Virus record (IMG/VR): IMGVR_UViG_3300011339_000660
Coordinates: 1-50,748 of that record
Strand: one strand, 5' to 3'
DNA length: 50,748 bases
Origin: a virus
Lineage: Duplodnaviria > Caudoviricetes
Positions 44,226 through 50,748 of the stretch are shown here, in pieces. The first letter of the stretch is position 1; each line of letters begins with the position of its first letter. Both the position numbers and the translations under genes were made by a program. Below the pieces are notes generated by a model. The model searched no databases, was not told where the DNA came from, and saw nothing but the letters and a program-made list of their open reading frames with translations.

Positions 44226-45539
44226 ATGGCATACGAATATAGACTACCAGTTATAGACATTGACGGAGCAATTAAGGCTGTACAGGATAATGCTTTTAGG
44301 CAAGAACAGCTTAGATTGAAGTATGAGGAATCTATGAATAAATCCATAGATGATGAAGAAAGGAGATATAGTGGAAAAGTAAGAAAGCAAGATGTTGGCG
44401 AGTTTGGTAGCATCTTTGCTGAATATGCAGAGACTAAGAAAGCGTATCAAGCCCTTAATAGAAGAAGTGGTAGAGGAGGGGATCTTACGGCTGCATCAGA
44501 AGCAATGATTGCTGCTAAAAGAAATATGGATACATATATAACCGAATCTGCAGGATTAGGTCAAACTCAAATTGGCTTAGGTAAGATATTTAAAGATCCC
44601 ACTAAACTTGTAAACACAAAGAAGTTTAATGAGACTTATATGCAGATGAGCTCTATGACAACAAATGAAATAAAGCAGCTATATGGCGGAGACTTAAGCA
44701 AGCTGCCTACAGACTTTGAATTTAGAGAAGAGGATTTTGACCAAAAAAAGGTAAATGCTTTATCAACCTCAGTTAAGAATAGGCTTCCAATAAAGTCGGC
44801 AAATGCAATAAAAGAAATACCATCTATTAATCAAGCTACAGGGCAGCAAAATACTGTAAAAAGAGATATAAATCTATTGGGGAAAAATGTTTCTGTTAAT
44901 GTTCCTTTGGTAAGGGTAAGTGTAGGAGCTCCAGCAGAAGCCGTATTAAATGCGGTGATATCATCTACAGCTAATGATGACGAAGCAATGAACTACATGA
45001 AGCTGTATCAAAAGAAGGTTAATGAACGACTTGCGGATACGTCTAATCCACAAGTTCAGAAAGAGGCGGAAGCATTATTGAATAAAACTATGGACGTATT
45101 CGGCATAACCGATAGGTCGCAAGTTAATCAGTATCACCTGTTTGCTTCAGATTATATAGACAAAAGTAGGGTTGGAGATATAGAGATAGAAGACTGGAGT
45201 GGACTAGAGGACCAAGTTGACATATTATTAAAGCAGAACAGATTGAGTTTGCAAAATATACAAAAGCAAAAGCTACTAAATGATATTAAAAATAGTAACT
45301 CGGAGATGTCTGTAAAATCGTTTAATCAAGTAATTACTATGTTTAATAATCTTAGCAATTCTGGACTGTTGGTTAAAGACGACTATCTAAATACTGCAGC
45401 AGGGCTCCTTAAGAGATTCAACTTGCCGCTAGATAGGCAACTTGTTACCGATGCTAATGCGGAAAAGTATAGGCAGCAGCAAAGGACCACTGAGTCAATA
45501 TATGACACACCAGTCCCAAGCGCTTTTGATAGGAAATAA
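44226..45539 (+). CDS. Putative internal/ejection virion protein
   Basis: 437-aa helical protein between the muzzle gene and the giant ORF. Confidence 0.5.
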   Translation: MAYEYRLPVIDIDGAIKAVQDNAFRQEQLRLKYEESMNKSIDDEERRYSGKVRKQDVGEFGSIFAEYAETKKAYQALNRRSGRGGDLTAASEAMIAAKRNMDTYITESAGLGQTQIGLGKIFKDPTKLVNTKKFNETYMQMSSMTTNEIKQLYGGDLSKLPTDFEFREEDFDQKKVNALSTSVKNRLPIKSANAIKEIPSINQATGQQNTVKRDINLLGKNVSVNVPLVRVSVGAPAEAVLNAVISSTANDDEAMNYMKLYQKKVNERLADTSNPQVQKEAEALLNKTMDVFGITDRSQVNQYHLFASDYIDKSRVGDIEIEDWSGLEDQVDILLKQNRLSLQNIQKQKLLNDIKNSNSEMSVKSFNQVITMFNNLSNSGLLVKDDYLNTAAGLLKRFNLPLDRQLVTDANAEKYRQQQRTTESIYDTPVPSAFDRK

Positions 45540-45567
45540 ATACGTCTATATATCTTAACTTTGGGGC

Positions 45568-48500
45568 ATGTCTTTATCAAAAAATACCACAGACGATAAG
45601 AAGCCTATACCAAGAGCTAGGCTTGTAGAATTATTGACTCCCGGAAAGAAACCAACTATAAAAGCTGAGGCTCCTAGCCTTAAGAATGTTAGTGTCACGG
45701 GGAAAAAGATTGAGGCTCCAAAGGAGATAAAACCGGCAACGCAATCATCAACAGCTGTAGTTCCTTCAATAACGGCTGCACAATATGAAAGCATAGACCA
45801 AAGAAAGTCTGTAGCTATGGATAATACCGTAGAGAAAATGGCTACAGCAGACGGTTATGCTGCTCCTGCTAAAGGAACTTCACTTTACAACAACTATAAG
45901 ACTCAGATAGATTTTGTTAAAGACAAATTAGTTATTGAGAAAGATGAGGAAGGGAAGCCGATGTATGGATATCAAAAAAGTTTTTGGCAATCCTTACAGA
46001 CAGCACTTAATCAATATCAAACTAGTGTAGCATCGGGTGCAGTTTATATAGACTCTGACAACGAAACCAACAGGAGAGTATTAGAGAATAAGAGATACAA
46101 GTCAACATTGAGGCCTGGGATACCTAAATTTGAAAACACTGCTGGAACATTTACGGGTGGATTATTTGATCCTATAGTAACAAGTACTGTAATAGGTCTA
46201 CCAACAGCTGCAGCACAATTGTTTGGAGTGCCTGGAGCCGCACAAATGGGTGCTGGGCTTATGGCAGGTACTGTTGGAGCTGACATGGTAAAGTCTAAGT
46301 ACGGAACAGCTTTAGAAGAGAATTACAATCTTGCTAGAGAGCAAGGAATGCCTATCACCGAAGCATATGAAAAAGCTAAAACAATTGCTGCTAAAGCAGC
46401 AGGCGTAGAGAGTATAGTTCAGGTTGGTTTTGCAGGAATGGGAGCAATAGGTCAAGCACCTAAAGCTTTGCTTGGAGCTGTGCAGCCTACACAAAGAGTG
46501 GCAAGGATACTGTCGGCAACGCCTAAGAAAGATGCACTAAAAGTATTTGCTAAGGGATTTGGAGAGAATCTTAGGTCTGCAGTTGGATTAGGTGGATTAG
46601 TTGGTTCAGGACAAGCTGTTGTAGATAACGCATCGGAGCAAGAGGGAATACACGTAGCAAATAAAGAGGAAAGAGCTATAGAAGGTGCTGGGCATATGGT
46701 AGCTATGGACTTAGCCATTAAGATGTTATTTAAGGTTCCAGGAGCTGCAATATCAGTATCAAAGAGTGCTAAGTCTTTTGCGAAGGGGCTTCTTGCTTCT
46801 GACACCAAATTAACGTCAGATTTTATAGCAGAAATGGAAGCTGCTGGTCATTACGAGAATGGAACAAAGAATGCTGTAATGTCAGAAGTAAAGAAATACA
46901 ATGAAGCAGCTAAAAAGACCCCAGACTTCCTTGGAGATGGAGTTAAGAAAACAATCGCTACAGGATTGATGGAAAAGAGAACAAAGCTAGAATCTGAGTT
47001 AAATCAACTAGATCCTGTATTCAGAGAACAAAAGCAGATTGAAATAGACGAAATAAATGCAAGGCTAAGGGAGTTGACTACTACAGACAAACCATTTAGC
47101 GTTGAGACAGAATTAAATCCTAAAACAACAGAAAATGCCACTACAGAAGCCACAGGGCAAGTCAAAGAAGGCGCAGCAGAAGGCGGTGTCAGCGAATATC
47201 CGAGAACTGATAAAATCGAACAAGGGGAAGGCCAAAGACAAGCAGAGGCCGCTAAAACAGATATTGGCGATAGCACTATCCCAGTCACGGAAGAAGTAGC
47301 TCCTGAAGCTCCTGTAGTATCTTTATCAGATAAGATTAGGAAACTAAAATTTGACCAATCTGTACTAACGGGTGGAGACAAGGGAGCTATGCAAACAAAC
47401 ATAGCAGGACTTCCAATAGGAATATACAATGCCTCCATAGAGGCTATAGCACTTAGCGTAGAAGCTGGAGAAGTTGTTGCGTCTGCCATATCAAAACAGA
47501 TTGAATCCTTGAAAAAAGGTGGGTATGCATTTGATGAGGCTAAGTTCCAAAAGAATATTGAACAGCTAGAGAAGGTAAATAAGGATAAAGGTAGAGTTGC
47601 TGCTGAGTCTGAAATGGCAGGAATTAAAACAGAAGACTATACAAACCTTCAAATACTTGCTCTTGAGAAGTACAAAGAGAGTGAGGTGTTCAGGGATCCG
47701 GCAGAGATGGGTAAAAGGCTTAGGGCAGAGTTAGATAAGAAGATGGATACATCTAAGATATCCGATGATGTATTTGAAATGATTGGTCTTGATGCGGTGG
47801 TAAATGAAAAGCAAGCTCCATTCATGCCTGGGCCTAAAAAACAAGCAGCAACACCAGTATCTGAATTTAGGGCAGAACAGATACTTACCAATCCAAAGGA
47901 AGTATTTAAGGCTATATATACCGCTGCTACAACACAAGCTAAGTTTACTGCTGAAAGGCTTAAACTTTCTGCTGATGCTGTAGCGAATGCCATATTTAAT
48001 GCAAAAGGAGAAAGAGTTAATCCTAAAGCTGTCGTAAGAGCAATACAGAAGTTTGTAACATCAAAGATGGATACGGAAACAGCTGCACAGGAGTTTGCTG
48101 CAAACATTAATGAGATTAAAAGACTATCTGTTAATGCTAGGAAGTATGGTGAGATAAGGGGGCAGATTAGAGATATAAAATCAGCTTCTACCAATAAGGC
48201 ATTTGCTACTATAGCAACTAAGAAAACAACAGCTGATGTAGACTTTATTGCTCCATCAAAGGTTAGAGATTACGAGGTAGATGCCAACGGTAAAATGGTC
48301 GAGGTAGATACGGATAGTGCAATAAATGAGTACGCAGCGCTGTTAGAAGATTACAGAAAATCTATTAGCGGAGAGATACCAAATGCTGATAAGGCTAGGC
48401 TTAAACTTATCGACTTTGTTAACGACAAAAGAGATAAGTATGAAGCGATGCAGGTTCAGAAAAGGGAAGCAAAAAGAGCTTCTTACGAAGCAAAGTATGA

Positions 48501-50748
48501 TAAGTTGCTTAGTGAAGGAAAGGTTGGTCGTGATGAAAATGGTAATCCACTAGTATCCAAAGAGGAATATGTAGAAGGATTAATAGACCCTAAAAAGGAA
48601 GTATCTGACGAAGCGAATGATTTGATGTTAGAAGATGATACAGATGTAGCAGTGATGAGGGACATGACAGATGTTCGTCAGGAAATGTTGAAGGAAGCTA
48701 TCGATAACAATGAAATAGATGCAGATATTATAGATGATGCTAGATTGATTTCTGGGATTGATGCAAAGAAGATATCCAATAAGAACATACAGCTATTCAA
48801 CAATATAATAGAGGATATTGTAAATGGAGAAGCTCCATCAAGGATGGGGGAAATAGTGTCAGATATAGAGGCATACAATAATAAAGTAGAACTTATAGAA
48901 GGTAAGACGAATATTAGGGATATGGCTAAATACCAAAAGGCTGGTCTATTCACTAATATTGCTAGAGCTATGGGTATAGAACGTGGAGTTGGAGCGTATG
49001 CGGATTTGGGATTATCTAATCTGTTCAAGCTTGTTACATCAAATCCTACAGGTGCAGCTAATGTACGTAAGGTAATATGGGCTCCATTTGAAGCTCAGAA
49101 CCTCATGGTAAATAATATGGCAAAAGATTTTGCACAAACACTATCAGATATATTCACTAGGAATAGTGTGGAAACTGTTGTTAACGGGATTCCAACTAAT
49201 ATAAAATTCAAGTCTCCAACTTTAACATCTGTAAATAGCTACCGGATAGGTATAGCTAGTACACTTGCTCAGTTTGAAGACCTAGTTAGACAGATACAGA
49301 CAATAGCAGATGCAACTAAAACATTGTCAGAAAAGTCTTACCAAAATGGTAACAGAGTCAAAGACTATCTTGATAATACGTTAACAGCACTACAAGAACT
49401 CGGCGCAATCAAAGGATTTACTGCTGATGAGAATGGTGTTATAACGGACATAGAAGTAAATGATGCCGTTACTATGGCACAGATAAATTCTAGACTAAAT
49501 GATAGGGAGACATACGCAATATCAATGATGAAGTCTAAGTTTAGCGATATGGCTCCAGACCTTGATAATACAATGAGGCAGTACTTTGGTACAGCTATCG
49601 ATATGAGTAACGAAAACTACCTGCCACTTACTCCAAGGTTATTCGGAGAGGCTCCAGAAGTTTTGGTAGAGGGAGTTATTGACAATAAGATACCATCACA
49701 CATAAGCGTAATGAGATCGTCTACTACAAGAGCTAGGCAGAATAACCTATCTAATGTAGTAAATAAGAACGGACAAGAAACGTTATTGTATTACGACTTT
49801 GATGTATTTAGCACTATTCCAAGAAGGTATCATGAGTCTCTTAATACGGCTTATACTACAGCTCCAGTTGCTGCACTTAGAAAGACAATAAACAGCAAAG
49901 ACTTTATTGAGTTTATATCTGGAAAGTATAACCAAAAAGAGACAGAGTTCATTGACAATAAGGTGTATTTCAGAAGGCAGATATCAGACGTTGTTAACAT
50001 GGAGCGGCAACCGTTTGTGTTGACAAAAGAGATGGAGAGACAAAGGAATAGAATATCTAAGTTCTTCATGGGTAGGATGCTCAACTCAATAGATGCAACT
50101 GTAAAACAATATGCACCGTCTATACCATTGATGCTTATGCACGGAGGAGTAGAGCCTCTTGCAATATCATATAGCATATTGGCTGGAAAGAGATTAGTAG
50201 ACCCTAAGATGGCAGGACTTCTAAAAGAGTTCTATAGTCAAACGTCTAAGGCAAACAGGATTACAGCAGGAATAGAAGCACTTCAACAAAGGGCAAAAAG
50301 CATAAGCAATAATAAGTGGGCTAGAAAAAGTCTTAACGCAATAGATATTATTGAGGGGGTTGCTGGTATTCCTCTTGACTTAGGAGACCAGGCTACTACA
50401 AGCCAAGCTCTCATGGTTGGATACATAAAAGGTTTGAAGATTTCTGGTAAAATAAAGAACTACTCAGAATTTAATCTTGAGACGGAATTAAGAAACGGGT
50501 TAGACCCAACAGCTTTATCACACGCAGAACAGTTCCTTTCGTTCATAAACAACGAATCTACATCTGCTAAAAAGGGTAAGGTTTTCAGAGAGGATAATGC
50601 ATTGTACATGAGGATGCTACAGTCGTTCTCACATAACCAAAACGTTAATGCTTTAATTGATTTAGGAATCTTACAAGATTACGCTTCTGGTAAGACATCT
50701 TCAGATGATGCAAAACAAGCTGCATTAGGTCTTGGAATGTACATATCT
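45568..50748 (+). CDS. Giant ORF (>1700 aa, 3'-truncated), probable virion cargo protein
   Basis: ATG at 45568 behind TAACTTTG; frame open wherever checked to the window end; absent from the track because it has no stop in the window. Confidence 0.8.
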   Translation, partial: MSLSKNTTDDKKPIPRARLVELLTPGKKPTIKAEAPSLKNVSVTGKKIEAPKEIKPATQSSTAVVPSITAAQYESIDQRKSVAMDNTVEKMATADGYAAPAKGTSLYNNYKTQIDFVKDKLVIEKDEEGKPMYGYQKSFWQSLQTALNQYQTSVASGAVYIDSDNETNRRVLENKRYKSTLRPGIPKFENTAGTFTGGLFDPIVTSTVIGLPTAAAQLFGVPGAAQMGAGLMAGTVGADMVKSKYGTALEENYNLAREQGMPITEAYEKAKTIAAKAAGVESIVQVGFAGMGAIGQAPKALLGAVQPTQRVARILSATPKKDALKVFAKGFGENLRSAVGLGGLVGSGQAVVDNASEQEGIHVANKEERAIEGAGHMVAMDLAIKMLFKVPGAAISVSKSAKSFAKGLLASDTKLTSDFIAEMEAAGHYENGTKNAVMSEVKKYNEAAKKTPDFLGDGVKKTIATGLMEKRTKLESELNQLDPVFREQKQIEIDEINARLRELTTTDKPFSVETELNPKTTENATTEATGQVKEGAAEGGVSEYPRTDKIEQGEGQRQAEAAKTDIGDSTIPVTEEVAPEAPVVSLSDKIRKLKFDQSVLTGGDKGAMQTNIAGLPIGIYNASIEAIALSVEAGEVVASAISKQIESLKKGGYAFDEAKFQKNIEQLEKVNKDKGRVAAESEMAGIKTEDYTNLQILALEKYKESEVFRDPAEMGKRLRAELDKKMDTSKISDDVFEMIGLDAVVNEKQAPFMPGPKKQAATPVSEFRAEQILTNPKEVFKAIYTAATTQAKFTAERLKLSADAVANAIFNAKGERVNPKAVVRAIQKFVTSKMDTETAAQEFAANINEIKRLSVNARKYGEIRGQIRDIKSASTNKAFATIATKKTTADVDFIAPSKVRDYEVDANGKMVEVDTDSAINEYAALLEDYRKSISGEIPNADKARLKLIDFVNDKRDKYEAMQVQKREAKRASYEAKYDKLLSEGKVGRDENGNPLVSKEEYVEGLIDPKKEVSDEANDLMLEDDTDVAVMRDMTDVRQEMLKEAIDNNEIDADIIDDARLISGIDAKKISNKNIQLFNNIIEDIVNGEAPSRMGEIVSDIEAYNNKVELIEGKTNIRDMAKYQKAGLFTNIARAMGIERGVGAYADLGLSNLFKLVTSNPTGAANVRKVIWAPFEAQNLMVNNMAKDFAQTLSDIFTRNSVETVVNGIPTNIKFKSPTLTSVNSYRIGIASTLAQFEDLVRQIQTIADATKTLSEKSYQNGNRVKDYLDNTLTALQELGAIKGFTADENGVITDIEVNDAVTMAQINSRLNDRETYAISMMKSKFSDMAPDLDNTMRQYFGTAIDMSNENYLPLTPRLFGEAPEVLVEGVIDNKIPSHISVMRSSTTRARQNNLSNVVNKNGQETLLYYDFDVFSTIPRRYHESLNTAYTTAPVAALRKTINSKDFIEFISGKYNQKETEFIDNKVYFRRQISDVVNMERQPFVLTKEMERQRNRISKFFMGRMLNSIDATVKQYAPSIPLMLMHGGVEPLAISYSILAGKRLVDPKMAGLLKEFYSQTSKANRITAGIEALQQRAKSISNNKWARKSLNAIDIIEGVAGIPLDLGDQATTSQALMVGYIKGLKISGKIKNYSEFNLETELRNGLDPTALSHAEQFLSFINNESTSAKKGKVFREDNALYMRMLQSFSHNQNVNALIDLGILQDYASGKTSSDDAKQAALGLGMYIS

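Noticed and set aside
49789-49809. YYDFDVF as a virion RNA polymerase catalytic motif
   Set aside because: The third aspartate of DxDxD is missing
45555-50177. Minus-strand ORFs listed in the track
   Set aside because: Antisense shadows of the giant plus-strand ORF; the same applies to most opposite-strand ORFs overlapping called genes
1-50748. Genome-wide TAG reassignment (code 15)
   Set aside because: Long genes are intact in code 11 and TAG ends proteins at natural C-termini (e.g. DDDLPF at 5206); only one interrupting TAG was found
1-50748. CRISPR array, DGR/retron, integrase or transposase
   Set aside because: No regularly spaced repeats of three or more copies, no reverse transcriptase motifs, no recombinase or transposase motifs seen

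Overview
The window is a large fragment of a tailed dsDNA phage. The host is most likely Bacteroidota: TAnnTTTG -7 promoter boxes precede many genes, start regions are A/C-rich without Shine-Dalgarno motifs, and the primase has a BT4734/VirE-N-type domain. Layout: (1) lysis genes on + (1-1.25 kb). (2) One ~22.5-kb minus-strand early/middle block (1249-23746) with primase-helicase, SSB-like protein, RecE-like exonuclease, Rad52-like annealase, two short C5 methyltransferases, dNMP kinase, two phosphoesterases, an M20/M28 peptidase, a PcfJ-like protein and many small ORFs; no DNA or RNA polymerase is recognisable. (3) An AT-rich divergent spacer (~23.75-24.45 kb). (4) A plus-strand late block: RepL-like protein, HExxH protease, a cluster of basic proteins, GroES-like protein, TerL, portal, scaffold, major capsid protein, neck/tail proteins and a >1700-aa ORF running off the window. 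The most striking unexplained signal is non-coding and on the minus strand. Three tRNA-like elements keep the acceptor stem and T-arm but lack a usable anticodon arm. Each lies directly downstream of a structured RNA, and two sit 2-4 nt behind an H-type pseudoknot. The same strand also carries rRNA-type boxA-like motifs, a T-loop terminator, a large multi-hairpin RNA and a kissing-loop small RNA. All protein calls come from motifs read by eye and all RNA folds are manual; no database searches were run.
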